This document shows positions 53,503 through 63,863 of a stretch of DNA of 64,000 nucleotides, piece after piece. Position numbers and translations under genes: made by a program. Numbering within the stretch: position 1 is the stretch's first letter; each line of letters starts with the position of its first letter. The notes beneath the pieces are model-generated. The model made no database searches. It was not told the DNA's origin and saw nothing but the letters and a program-made list of their open reading frames with translations. This stretch comes from an uncultured Erysipelotrichaceae bacterium (lineage in GTDB: Bacteria > Bacillota_I > Bacilli_A > Erysipelotrichales > Erysipelotrichaceae): assembly GCA_900315065.1 (NCBI GenBank), contig OMXQ01000006.1, forward strand, positions 7,100-71,099, in the 5' to 3' direction.

Positions 53503-55979
53503 TGCTTAGGTCCCTGTCCCATACCGGCAAAGCGGACAAATGGTGCCTGAACTTCCTGGGCGGCTTTGACAGCGGCAGTTCCCTGCGGCTTGATGCCTCT
53601 CGGGTTGCGCGGATCCCTGCGCTTGGATTTATTGGAATTTGAAGCAGATGCAGATTTCTTTTCTGCATTCTGCTTTTTATTGTGCTTCGGATTGTTCTGC
53701 TTTGCGTGAGTTTCTTTCTTTGCAGCTGCAGAAGCAGACTGATTCTTCTGCTTCTTCTGATTGTTATTGTTCTTCGGGACAGCAGTTTTTCTGCTGTCTT
53801 TTTCGTTTCTGTTCTGCTTTTGAGAAGCAGCTTTCTCAGGTGTCTTTTTCGGAGTCTGTCTGTTTTCTTTGCCTGCGTGTTCATGCTTTGGAGTGCTCTT
53901 TGCAGGCCTTGCGTCTTTCTTTTCTGCTTTGGCTTTTCTGTTTTCAGCAGTTTCTTTCTTTGCCTTCGGTTTTCTGTTTCTGCCTTCGGCATGCCATGCG
54001 GCTTCATTATCACCGCCCCTGTGCAGTAAGAAACGGGCTGCTTCATTGGCATTGGCGAAAGTATAGGACTGGGTGAACTGGATTCTGCCGTCCTTGTTTT
54101 CAGAGAGAACGCCCTGGTCTATCAGAGCAGCGAAGAGAGTTCTCATCTTTTTCATTTCATTAGGACCGTAAGCTTTCATCATGGTGCCTGCCTGTACTTC
54201 GGTTTTCCCGTTATTATGGATCAGGGCATGGGCGGAAACGGTCGGAGCATTGAGAGTAACGATTGTATCTGTGATTGGATTCATGCGTTTTGTTTTCTTC
54301 TGTATTCCTTTCTCATGGGTGGAAATCCGGTAAGGCCAGATGGTCAGAATCTGATCTGCCATTTTGTCTGTACGCATCAGAATTTCCTTTTTATTCCATT
54401 GTTTCTTCTGCAGGATTTCCGTATTGAGACGGATGTGAAGAGTTTCCTGCAGAATCTTTTTCTTATATTGGAAGTCTTCATTGCCGATCTTTGTGTTGTC
54501 ACTGACTGCACAAAGCGTCAGGTTGCCGATCAGGTTGACCAGCTGGCTGTATTCTTCCTCATCTGCTGCCCCGCTGTTTTTCTTCCAGTAAGCATTGGGG
54601 TTCTGCGGCATGATGTGTTCAATATTCAGGGCCCTGAGATCAACCCTGGCGGATGCACCGTTGTATTCCAGTCTTTCCAGTACCTGTCTGATTAATAATG
54701 AAGAATAGGCATTGATGGTTCTCAGCTGGCTGCGTACCTGATCATCTGCCGGCATTGCCGCAAACCTGCCGCGGTTGGCATCGATGAGATTTGCGCGTAA
54801 AGCTGTTACAACATCACTTTCATTCATGGATAAAAGTACATTCTTCAATAAAGCCGGAAAGTAGCGGTTCAGAGAAGAAATATCCATGCCGCATAAAGAA
54901 CGGCGGACAAGATAGGAATCCAATAGTCTGACGATGGAAATCAGTTCCTGATCCGTAATTTCCTTTTCTTCATACAGATGCACCATTTCCATTAAGAAAG
55001 GAGCCGGCAATAAAGAAGAAGTCATCCGGAAATCCGCAAAAGCTTCTTCAACTTCAGGATCAGAAAAGTGTCCTTTATAGATCATAGAATAATATTGGCA
55101 ATACTGGTTGATTTCCTGCATGGCTTTTTCATGATTCTGGATTTGTTTCCAGTATGCCTTGAAGCCTGCATAGATATTGCGTCTGTTTAACAGCCCGAAT
55201 GTCTTTACGGCAAGATAGAAACGGAAGAATTCTTCCAGAAGGCGGGAAGACGCAAATTCTCTTTCCAGCGGCTTCCAGTACATTTTATAGAGGCGTTCCT
55301 GTTCTTCATCCTGATGATCCATCAGAATGTAATTGCGGATCAGATCCGCACTGGTTAAAGGAGCACCAGTACTGTTGATAGATTCGAATATCTGCTGGGT
55401 GTCGTCTCCTTCCTGCAAAGGAAAGGCAAGGATGTCCATTTGGGCGAAGGCTTTGAGAATTTCTTCCACCGAAGAAGATTTCAATTGTGTTCTGATCCAT
55501 TCTGATATTTTCTGATAAGAAAGGAAAAGGTTGGTTTCCCTCTCATTGCTGCTCAGATCTTTTTCAGATCCATAGACAAGACGGGCAAATACGTCTTCTC
55601 CATCCTGGGCAGTTTTCAGACGCAGGGCATTGGCACCTGTATAGAGATAGTCTTTATCAATTTTCTTCCTGAAAGAAGGATCACTTTGATCACGCAGGGC
55701 AGTCAGGAAGAGAAAAGCAGTTGTCATCCGCTGCTGGCCGTCGACCAGCTGCAGCTGCTTATGAAAATAAGAAGTTCCTGCCTGCATATAAATGACAATA
55801 CCGAGAAAATGCTCAGATTTCTGCTTTGTCAGAATTTCTTCGATATTATTGAGGAACGCTGCAGTTTCGATCTCCGGGCGCCAGGTATAGCGGCGCTGAT
55901 AAACCGGAATAATAAACTGGGAACCTGCCTGGTTTTTTATGAACCTGGACATGGACAGCCGCATCGGCTGATTGAACAT
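53493..55979 (-). CDS. GmrSD-like (DUF262 + DUF1524) restriction protein with DUF4357-like domain and basic low-complexity tail
   Basis: IPVYQRRYTW, VDGQQR, FESINSTG, NIEHIMPQ, IGNLTL; Lys/Gln/Asn-rich last ~160 aa. Confidence 0.8.
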   Translation of the reverse strand: MFNQPMRLSMSRFIKNQAGSQFIIPVYQRRYTWRPEIETAAFLNNIEEILTKQKSEHFLGIVIYMQAGTSYFHKQLQLVDGQQRMTTAFLFLTALRDQSDPSFRKKIDKDYLYTGANALRLKTAQDGEDVFARLVYGSEKDLSSNERETNLFLSYQKISEWIRTQLKSSSVEEILKAFAQMDILAFPLQEGDDTQQIFESINSTGAPLTSADLIRNYILMDHQDEEQERLYKMYWKPLEREFASSRLLEEFFRFYLAVKTFGLLNRRNIYAGFKAYWKQIQNHEKAMQEINQYCQYYSMIYKGHFSDPEVEEAFADFRMTSSLLPAPFLMEMVHLYEEKEITDQELISIVRLLDSYLVRRSLCGMDISSLNRYFPALLKNVLLSMNESDVVTALRANLIDANRGRFAAMPADDQVRSQLRTINAYSSLLIRQVLERLEYNGASARVDLRALNIEHIMPQNPNAYWKKNSGAADEEEYSQLVNLIGNLTLCAVSDNTKIGNEDFQYKKKILQETLHIRLNTEILQKKQWNKKEILMRTDKMADQILTIWPYRISTHEKGIQKKTKRMNPITDTIVTLNAPTVSAHALIHNNGKTEVQAGTMMKAYGPNEMKKMRTLFAALIDQGVLSENKDGRIQFTQSYTFANANEAARFLLHRGGDNEAAWHAEGRNRKPKAKKETAENRKAKAEKKDARPAKSTPKHEHAGKENRQTPKKTPEKAASQKQNRNEKDSRKTAVPKNNNNQKKQKNQSASAAAKKETHAKQNNPKHNKKQNAEKKSASASNSNKSKRRDPRNPRGIKPQGTAAVKAAQEVQAPFVRFAGMGQGPKHHF

Positions 55980-56245
55980 TGCATCACCCGCTTTCTGATT
56001 AATTCATGTGTGTAGTTTGAAGAAGATCTCTTCATTTTGGAAATTTACAGGGGAGCAGCAGGAATTATTGTGCTTTGTCTGTCTCAGAAGAAATTTCCCT
56101 TCGTGCGTCTTTCTTTTTCTGCACGGCAACGCAGGTATTATAACGACATTGTCACGACTTTGCAAAAATATCCGTGGAAATATTGTTTGTTAAGCGCTTT
56201 CCTGAATTGCCTTATGGTAAACTTATAGTAAGGCAGGTGACTGTA

Positions 56246-56800
56246 ATGGCTAAAATGAAAATTACAAATGATATGGAATACTGGCAGCTCAAGGAAGACT
56301 ATGCTAGAAGTCTTCTTGCCGTAAGAAATGAAGCAGATAAGAAAAAGAAGAAGCAGCTGGAAAAAGAATCCAATGAAATGAACAAGGTTCTTTCCAGCTA
56401 TGAAAAGAAAAAGATCAAGGGTGCCCGTGATCAGCAGAAGGAAGAAGAAAAGCGTCTGAAGATCAGAGAAAAAGAAACTGCAGACAAGAAGATTTTCTTC
56501 GAAATATCTGCAATTGAAGCCAAGTACATTGACTATGCTTCTTTGACAAAGATCCAGCGCAACAAGCTTTCCGTCAAGAAGGAATCCATGATTGAAGCCA
56601 TGAAGAAGGGCATGTATATCAGGCTCAAAGGAGATTCGGGCCTGTATCAGATCAAGCAGAGCGAAAAGCGGATGAACGGCATGCGGTATGTTTCCACTGT
56701 TGTTTATGGAGATGTACCGATTCAGGATGTAGCTTTGATTATCATTGCGTATTATTACGAAAAGGAAATTGAAACAGCCGGTCATCTTGTCAGTGACTGA
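56246..56800 (+). CDS. Hypothetical Lys/Glu-rich protein
   Basis: AGGCAGG SD-like upstream; coiled N-terminal half. Confidence 0.6.
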   Translation: MAKMKITNDMEYWQLKEDYARSLLAVRNEADKKKKKQLEKESNEMNKVLSSYEKKKIKGARDQQKEEEKRLKIREKETADKKIFFEISAIEAKYIDYASLTKIQRNKLSVKKESMIEAMKKGMYIRLKGDSGLYQIKQSEKRMNGMRYVSTVVYGDVPIQDVALIIIAYYYEKEIETAGHLVSD

Positions 56801-56953
56801 TGTTTCCGATGCGGACGATATGTCCGCTTTTTTTGTGCGTTGGAAGGAATCAGATAGAAAAAATATAAAAAAGCAAAATAATCAGAAAAGCCAGAAATAT
56901 TTCAGCATTTTCATAAATAAATTCCGCTAATTAGAATAAAAACAGAAATTATA

Positions 56954-56982
56954 TTGACGAAATACGTTTTAAAAACTAAATT
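56954..56982 (+). promoter_or_regulatory. Promoter of four-gene operon
   Basis: TTGACG-17-TAAATT. Confidence 0.55.
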
Positions 56983-57006
56983 TTATGGATAAAGGAGAAA
57001 TTCATT

Positions 57007-57960
57007 ATGAAAGTGCTGATTTCAGATTTTCCAGCTGCTCTTGCCCCGGACAGTGAAATTCAGAAAAAGAATCTGCACAGTCAGTTTCCCGATTGGCAGA
57101 TTGAAATCTGGCCGTATAACGGAAACCAGAATGAATTGACAGATCACGTCAGGGACGCAGATGCAGTATTGACGGCATTTATGCCGATGAATGCAGAGGT
57201 CATCTCGGCAATGAAGCCGGGTGCCTGTATCTCTGTGGCAGCTACCGGCTATGATTCCATTGATGATGCCGCAGCTGAAGAACACAAAGTTGCCCTTATG
57301 GCGATCCGGGAATATTGTACGGAAGAAGTTGCAGAACACACGATTGCCTTATTGCTCGGCTTATGCCGGCATCTGAAGGATACGGATGCTGATCCGGCTG
57401 CTTATCAGACCCTGAAAGGAAAGAAGATCGGTATCTTCGGCTATGGCAGAATCGGTCAGAGAGTCGGCCAGCTGGCAGAAGCATTCCGCATGGAAGTGTA
57501 TGTATCAGCCTTTGGCAGAGTGTCTTCTTATATTAACAGGGTTGTTGCGGATGCAGATACGGTTCTGAAAGAATGCGATGTCATTACCTGCCACATGCCG
57601 GAAACACCGGAAAATCATCATTATTTCAATTTCTCAAGATTTCAGGAAATGAAGAAAAAGCCGATCTTCCTCAATTGCGGAAGAGGCGGTCTGGTAGATA
57701 CAGATGCGCTTGTAAAAGCACTTGAAGAAGGCTGGATCAGCGGGGCCGGCATTGACGTCATCGAGGATGAACACGAAGGAAGTGCTTCTTCCCAAAAGCT
57801 CAGCAGCTTTACGAATGTCCTGGTGACACCCCACAAGGCTTATGCATCTGAAGCTTCCTGCAAAGCTCTGCAGGATATTCCGGTGGATAACATCGTCGCT
57901 TATCTCACACATAAATATGGAAAGATCAACGCTTTCGTGAAAGGACCATACCATGATTGA
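57007..57960 (+). CDS. D-isomer-specific 2-hydroxyacid dehydrogenase
   Basis: GIFGYGRIG, LNCGRG, GAGIDV, VTPHKA. Confidence 0.88.
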   Translation: MKVLISDFPAALAPDSEIQKKNLHSQFPDWQIEIWPYNGNQNELTDHVRDADAVLTAFMPMNAEVISAMKPGACISVAATGYDSIDDAAAEEHKVALMAIREYCTEEVAEHTIALLLGLCRHLKDTDADPAAYQTLKGKKIGIFGYGRIGQRVGQLAEAFRMEVYVSAFGRVSSYINRVVADADTVLKECDVITCHMPETPENHHYFNFSRFQEMKKKPIFLNCGRGGLVDTDALVKALEEGWISGAGIDVIEDEHEGSASSQKLSSFTNVLVTPHKAYASEASCKALQDIPVDNIVAYLTHKYGKINAFVKGPYHD

Positions 57961-59533
57961 TACTGAAGCATTGCGATATGCAAAACAACTGGTTTCCATC
58001 AACTCAGTCAATAACACGGAAGGAGAAAGCAGAATTGCTGATTGGATCGAAGATACCCTGAGATCTTTTGCCTATTTTCAGAAGCATCCTGAGTATGTTA
58101 TTGCTCAGCCTTTGAAAAATGACAGATACGGCAGAAAAAATATCCTTGCTTTTGTGAAAGGTGAAAAAGGAAACAAGCCGGATACATTGATCTTCCATGG
58201 TCATATTGATACGGTCGGCATTGAAGACTTCGGGCCTTTGAAAGAATGGGCCTGTGATCCGGATGCTTTGCAGGAAAAGATGCTGGAAAGCAACATTCCG
58301 GACGCTTTGCGCAAGGATCTTGAAACCGGTGATTATATGGTCGGCAGAGGCAGCTGTGATATGAAGAGCGGGGATGCTGTCAATTTGTCGCTGCTGCATG
58401 AATTGTCTGAAAATCCGGAAAGCCTCAGCGGCAATGTTCTGGTCATGTTCAATCCGGTCGAAGAAAATCTGCATACAGGCATGGTGGAAAGTCTTGATGT
58501 CCTGCTTGATCTGAAAGAAAAATACGGCTTTGATTACAAGCTTGCGATCAATAATGACTTTACCTGTCCGGGGGATGAATCAGATAAGAAAGTAACTCTC
58601 TATGCAGGCATGGCAGGCAAGCTGCTTCCTTGTTTCTATATTCAGGGAGCAGAAACTCATGTCGGCCAGCCTTTTGAAGGCTTGGACGCAGCCGAAACAG
58701 CAGCGCGTCTGGTTTCGCTGATCAGCCGCAATCCTGCATATGCGGATACCTGGCTGGAGGAAACATCCTGTCCTCCGACTGTTCTGAAGATGAAGGATCT
58801 CAAAGAACATTATGATGTACAGACATCGAAAGATGCCTTTGTTTATTTCAATTATTTTGTCCATAATGCTTCGCCTTCTGCTGTCATTGCCCAGTTGAAA
58901 AAAGCTGCCGGCAAGGTCCTGCAGGAACGGGAAGAAGATATGAAATCCTATGCATTTATCTGGTCAGGAAAAGATGCGCGTACCTTTGAACCATGTGTTT
59001 ATTCTTTTGAAGAACTGGCAGCGAAGGAACCTGACGTGGATGTCAATGCAGAAATCCGGGCAGAGATAGAAAAAGGAACAGACGCAAGAGAAGCAGCCAT
59101 TCCTGTCATCCGCAGATTGCTTGGCAAGGCCGGCATACATCAGCCGTGCGTGGTGCTGTATTTTGCCCCGCCGTATTGTCCGCATAATGTCATTGAAGAC
59201 CCTTCCGTTATGGAAAAAATCATGGATGAAACGGAAAAGGAAACCGGTATTTCCTACCGGCTGTCTCATTTCTATCCAAGTCTTTCAGATTCCAGCTACA
59301 TTGCCATGGATGATGATGAAAAAGAACTTGAAGTTCTGAAGAACTCTTTCCCGGGCATGGATGTCATATATCCGCTGCCTTTTGAAAAAATACATGCTTT
59401 ATCCATTCCGGCAGTGAATTTCGGCTGCTATGGAAAGGACGCCCACAAGTGGACGGAAAGAGTAAACGTACCATATACATTCGGCATTCTGCCAATATTG
59501 ATGCGCAATGCTGTTAAAGCGTTGCTTGAATAA
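57953..59533 (+). CDS. rocB: M20 metallohydrolase, RocB-like
   Basis: HGHIDTVGIEDFG, GRGSCDMKSG, PVEEN, HVGQPFEG, GKDAHKWTER. Confidence 0.75.
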   Translation: MIDTEALRYAKQLVSINSVNNTEGESRIADWIEDTLRSFAYFQKHPEYVIAQPLKNDRYGRKNILAFVKGEKGNKPDTLIFHGHIDTVGIEDFGPLKEWACDPDALQEKMLESNIPDALRKDLETGDYMVGRGSCDMKSGDAVNLSLLHELSENPESLSGNVLVMFNPVEENLHTGMVESLDVLLDLKEKYGFDYKLAINNDFTCPGDESDKKVTLYAGMAGKLLPCFYIQGAETHVGQPFEGLDAAETAARLVSLISRNPAYADTWLEETSCPPTVLKMKDLKEHYDVQTSKDAFVYFNYFVHNASPSAVIAQLKKAAGKVLQEREEDMKSYAFIWSGKDARTFEPCVYSFEELAAKEPDVDVNAEIRAEIEKGTDAREAAIPVIRRLLGKAGIHQPCVVLYFAPPYCPHNVIEDPSVMEKIMDETEKETGISYRLSHFYPSLSDSSYIAMDDDEKELEVLKNSFPGMDVIYPLPFEKIHALSIPAVNFGCYGKDAHKWTERVNVPYTFGILPILMRNAVKALLE

Positions 59534-59553
59534 CAACAGAGGAGGAAACCCAT

Positions 59554-60777
59554 ATGGATAAGTGCATTGAAGTCAGACCGGAAGTAAAAAAAGTTCATGC
59601 TTCCATCATTCGGGAATTTGCAGCGGCTATATCGCTTCTTGATGACGGCGTAGATCTGACGCTCGGCCAGCCTGATTTTCCGACCCCGGAAAGAGTCAAG
59701 CAGGCGGCGGAAAGAGCAATGCTGGAAAACAAGACCGGCTATACGGAAGATGAAGGTCTGAAAGCATTGCGGGAAGAAGAAAGCAGGTATCTTGAACGCA
59801 ACTTCCATCTTTCCTATCATCCGGAAAATGAAATACTGGTAACCGTCGGCGCCACTCAGGCAATTGACTGTACTTTGCGCACTATTCTCAAAGCTGGTGA
59901 TAAAGTTCTGATTCCTTCTCCGATTTATTGCGGGTATGATCCGATCCTGCATTTTATCGATGCAGAGCCTGTGTATGTGGATACATCTTCCGCTGGCTGC
60001 AAGATCACCCCGGATCTTTTGGAAAAGGCATGGAGCCCGGAAGTAAAAGCAGTCATTCTGACTTATCCGAACAACCCGACAGGGGCATGTCTGAATGAAG
60101 AAGAAACGGATGCATTGGCTGACTGGTTTATGAAGCATGATGATGTATGCATTATTCTTGATGAAATCTATGCAGCCCTTCGTTTTGACGGGGATTATTG
60201 TTCCCTGGCTCAGTATCCGGAATTCAGAGACAGACTGATTCTGATTACCGGCGTCTCCAAAGCTTATTCGATGACGGGCTGGAGAATCGGCTTCTTATGT
60301 GCACCGGAAGATCTCATTCATGAAATCTTCAAAGTCCATCAGAATGAAATCAGCTGCGCCTGCAGCATTTCCCAATATGCTGCTTTGGAAGCTGTAAAAA
60401 AAGACGATGAAACACTCATGATGCGGGATGAATACAGGAAGCGAAGCACTTATATGTATGAGTCTTTCCGCAAGCTGGGCGTACCGGCTGTAAAACCGGA
60501 AGGGGCTTTTTACCTGTTTGCAGATATCAGTCAGTTCGGTATGTCTTCCTATGATTTTGCAAGATTGCTGCTGGAGAAATACCATCTTGGCTGTGTGCCG
60601 GGCAGTGCTTTTGAAAACAGCGGCGAAGGCTATATCAGATTATCTACGGCAGCTTCCATGGAAAAGCTTCGTGAATTTGTTTCGAGATTTGAAAGATGCG
60701 TCAATGACTTAAGGGGGAACAATTATGGCAACATTGCAGATGTATATGGATCAGAGCCGGATCAGAAATACCTTTGA
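59554..60777 (+). CDS. PLP-dependent aminotransferase class I/II
   Basis: LGQPDFPTP, YPNNPTG, DEIY, SKAYSMTGWRIG. Confidence 0.92.
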   Translation: MDKCIEVRPEVKKVHASIIREFAAAISLLDDGVDLTLGQPDFPTPERVKQAAERAMLENKTGYTEDEGLKALREEESRYLERNFHLSYHPENEILVTVGATQAIDCTLRTILKAGDKVLIPSPIYCGYDPILHFIDAEPVYVDTSSAGCKITPDLLEKAWSPEVKAVILTYPNNPTGACLNEEETDALADWFMKHDDVCIILDEIYAALRFDGDYCSLAQYPEFRDRLILITGVSKAYSMTGWRIGFLCAPEDLIHEIFKVHQNEISCACSISQYAALEAVKKDDETLMMRDEYRKRSTYMYESFRKLGVPAVKPEGAFYLFADISQFGMSSYDFARLLLEKYHLGCVPGSAFENSGEGYIRLSTAASMEKLREFVSRFERCVNDLRGNNYGNIADVYGSEPDQKYL

Positions 60778-61714
60778 TTCGCCGGTTTACAGAGAAGTCT
60801 GGGGAAAAGGCTTCGGCGTTGACAATGCCGTTGGTGAAATTCAGAAAATTCTGGTACACCGGCCAGGCAAAGAACTGGAAGACTGGAAAGACGGTGTCTA
60901 CGTGGAAGAAGCAGGCAGCCAGATTCTCTTTGATGAAAAGGGAAGAATCCGTTCTTATCTCAAAGGAAAGGAACCGATCAATCTGCCTTTGATGCAGAAG
61001 CAGCACGATGCTCTGACAGAAATCCTGCGCAGAGAAGGCATTGAAGTATTGAATCTGGATGATCCGACTTACCAGTGGACCAATCTGACTTTTGCAAGAG
61101 ACGTTGCTCTGATGACCCCGAATGGAGCCATCCTGACCCGTTTTGCCATGTATTTCCATCAGGGAGATGCTGTCGCTGCCCAGAATTTCTTTACCAGGCA
61201 GGGCATTCCGATTCTTGGTGCCATTCAGGGAAGAGGCACAGTAGAAGGCGGTGCTTTCTGTCTGCTGGATCCGCATGTTGCAATCGTGACAAGAAGCGTC
61301 AGAGTCAATGATGAAGGCATTGAACAATTGCGAAATCTGCTTTCTTATCAGGACATTGATCTATGGGTACTGGACATGCCGGCTGCGTATATTCATCTTG
61401 ATGAAGCATTTGTACCGGTTGACAAGGATAAGATCCTGGTATCCACCTTTATTCTGCCGGAGTGGTTCTTAAAGAAACTGCAGAACAGAGGCTATAAACT
61501 CATAGAAACAGATCCGCTGGATCCGCCTTTAACCAATAACTGCCTGGCGATCAGACCTGGTACGGTTGTCTTCAATGCCCATGGCACCCGTACAATTGAA
61601 AATCTGAAGAAAGCAGGCGTCAAAGTCATTCCGGTTGATATTTCCGAGATTAACAGAATCGGCGGCGGCATCCATTGCGCAACCCTTCCTCTGCTCAGAA
61701 AGTCCGTTTATTGA
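60725..61714 (+). CDS. Amidinotransferase/DDAH/arginine deiminase superfamily enzyme
   Basis: FARD, VEGG, HLD, GGGIHCATLPL (catalytic Cys). Confidence 0.85.
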   Translation: MATLQMYMDQSRIRNTFDSPVYREVWGKGFGVDNAVGEIQKILVHRPGKELEDWKDGVYVEEAGSQILFDEKGRIRSYLKGKEPINLPLMQKQHDALTEILRREGIEVLNLDDPTYQWTNLTFARDVALMTPNGAILTRFAMYFHQGDAVAAQNFFTRQGIPILGAIQGRGTVEGGAFCLLDPHVAIVTRSVRVNDEGIEQLRNLLSYQDIDLWVLDMPAAYIHLDEAFVPVDKDKILVSTFILPEWFLKKLQNRGYKLIETDPLDPPLTNNCLAIRPGTVVFNAHGTRTIENLKKAGVKVIPVDISEINRIGGGIHCATLPLLRKSVY

Positions 61715-61796
61715 TCAACAGAAAAAGAAAGACTGCAGAATCATCACTTATTTCATTAAAGTGATGATGCCGCAGTCTTTTTTCTATCTGCTGTTT

Positions 61797-61985
61797 TCAG
61801 AAGTGTTCGTAAAAAGGTGTCTTGTTGTATGCGTATAAACGGGAAACAAGTTCACCATCGGAAAGCTTGCTGATCGGGCCGATCAAACGATCCAGGTGAA
61901 CCATAAATTCACCAAAGCTGCAGTCATTGAATGCTTTGTAATGGATTTCCTCAAGTAGTTCGTAGATATTCTGTCTGTCGCTCAT
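61797..61985 (-). CDS. Small hypothetical protein (62 aa)
   Basis: GCAGGA SD; acidic sequence. Confidence 0.45.
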   Translation of the reverse strand: MSDRQNIYELLEEIHYKAFNDCSFGEFMVHLDRLIGPISKLSDGELVSRLYAYNKTPFYEHF

Positions 61986-62229
61986 ATTCCTGCTCCTTTG
62001 TTTTTTCTATATTTCTGACGCTTTCGATTATAACACACTTTGTTCTGCTTACAGGAAAGCTGCACATTTCGTATAGTAAACCGGATGACAAAAAATCAGC
62101 AGAATCAAAATATAAGTAACAAAAATACAAATATAGGAAAAGAAATAAATAAAATTAACCGGTTTACCTTGAAAGAAATGAACACATTCCCTATAATTGA
62201 ATAAGAAAGAACACACTAAAGGAGGAAAT

Positions 62230-63099
62230 ATGGAAAATATTCTCGACAAATTCAAACTTGACGGGAAAGTTGCCTGGGTAACAGGTGCTTCCTACGGACT
62301 TGGTCTGGCATATGCCACGGCATTTGCTCAGGCTGGCGCAAAGATTGTCTTCAATGACATCAATCAGGAACTGGTTGACAAGGGACTGGCTGCATACAAG
62401 GAAAGAGGCATTGAAGTATATGGCGCTGTATGCGATGTGACAGATGAAGATGCAGTCGCAAAGTTCGTGGCTGACGTAACTGAAAAATTCGGCGGCATCG
62501 ACATTCTGGTAAACAATGCCGGCATCATCAAGAGAATCCCGATGATCGAAATGACAAAGAAACAGTGGGATCAGGTTATCTCTGTTGACCTGACGGGTCC
62601 GTTTGTCTGCTCCAAGGCTGTATTGCCTGGCATGATCAAAAAGGGCTCCGGCAAGATTATCAATGCCTGCTCTATGATGTCTGAACTCGGACGTGAAACC
62701 GTATCGGCTTACGCTGCTGCCAAGGGCGGCCTGAAGATGCTGACAAGAAATATCTGCTCTGAATACGGCCAGTACAATATCCAGTGCAACGCAATCGGTC
62801 CCGGCTACATTGCTACACCGCAGACGGCTCCTTTGAGAAAGAGACAGGCTGATGGTTCCATGGCACCATTCGATCGTTTCATCCGTTCCAAGACCCCGGC
62901 ACAAAGATGGGGGACTACCGAAGACTTAATGGGTCTTGCTGTATTCCTTGCTTCCCCGGCTTCTGATTTCATCAACGGCCAGGTGGTTTATATTGACGGC
63001 GGCATTACTGCTTACATCGGCCAGGATCCAAGCCAGCTTGATGAATCCAAATTTGCACAAGTCAGAGAAGACGATACTGTTACTGTAGGCGACAAGTAA
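62230..63099 (+). CDS. Gluconate 5-dehydrogenase / DhuD-KduD-like SDR
   Basis: TGASYGLG, NNAG, SELGRETVSAYAAAKGG, GPGYIAT. Confidence 0.88.
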   Translation: MENILDKFKLDGKVAWVTGASYGLGLAYATAFAQAGAKIVFNDINQELVDKGLAAYKERGIEVYGAVCDVTDEDAVAKFVADVTEKFGGIDILVNNAGIIKRIPMIEMTKKQWDQVISVDLTGPFVCSKAVLPGMIKKGSGKIINACSMMSELGRETVSAYAAAKGGLKMLTRNICSEYGQYNIQCNAIGPGYIATPQTAPLRKRQADGSMAPFDRFIRSKTPAQRWGTTEDLMGLAVFLASPASDFINGQVVYIDGGITAYIGQDPSQLDESKFAQVREDDTVTVGDK

Positions 63100-63121
63100 T
63101 CCGGCCGAAAAGGAAAACAAA

Positions 63122-63760
63122 ATGAGAATTGCATTAATCAATGAAAACTCCCAGGCAGGCAGAAATTCTGTTATCTGTAATGCTTTGAAGGAAGTTGCTG
63201 AGCCGATGGGTCACCAGGTTGTCAACTACGGCATGTACAGTGCGGATGATGCTGCCCAGCTGACGTATGTTCAGAATGGTATTCTGGCGGCCGTATTGCT
63301 GAACAGCGGTGCTGCTGATTTCGTTGTGACAGGCTGCGGTACCGGGGAAGGGGCAATGCTGGCGCTGAATAGTTTCCCTGGCGTTATCTGCGGCCACATC
63401 GAAGATCCGCTGGATGCTTATACATTCTCCCAGATCAACGCCGGCAATGCCGTTTCTATCCCGTATGCTCTGAAGTTCGGCTGGGGCGGTGATCTGAACC
63501 TGAAGTACATCTTTGAAAAGCTGTTCTGTGAAGAAGCAGGCGGAGGATATCCGAAGGAAAGAGCAGTACCGGAAAAGAGAAACAAGAAGATTCTCGACGA
63601 CGTAAGAGCTGCTGCTTTCAAGGATCTTCCGACGATTCTGAAGGCTTTGGATAAGGATCTTGTAAAGGGAGCACTTGCTGGTGAGCACTTTGATGAGTAC
63701 TTCAAGCGTGATTGCAAGGATCCGGCTTACTTGAAGCTGGTTGAAGAGCTGAAAAAGTAA
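63122..63760 (+). CDS. RpiB/LacAB-family isomerase, DhuI-like
   Basis: MRIALINENSQ, TGCGTGEGAMLALNSFPGV, GWGGDLNL, GGYPKER. Confidence 0.82.
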   Translation: MRIALINENSQAGRNSVICNALKEVAEPMGHQVVNYGMYSADDAAQLTYVQNGILAAVLLNSGAADFVVTGCGTGEGAMLALNSFPGVICGHIEDPLDAYTFSQINAGNAVSIPYALKFGWGGDLNLKYIFEKLFCEEAGGGYPKERAVPEKRNKKILDDVRAAAFKDLPTILKALDKDLVKGALAGEHFDEYFKRDCKDPAYLKLVEELKK

Positions 63761-63863
63761 TACATAAAGAAGCGGTTATGGCAAATATAATCGCTTTTTT
63801 TTGCGGTTATGAGAAAAATGTGCGACAATATACAGGAGTATTGAAAAGAGGAGATCACACACT

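Noticed and set aside
56186-56201. Third cre-like site (GTTAAGCGCTTTCC)
   Set aside because: Weaker match with no carbohydrate genes next to it; could be chance.
56900-56935. ArgR (ARG box) operator upstream of the putative arginine operon
   Set aside because: AT-rich but without the TGAAT-N4-ATTCA dyad; match too weak.
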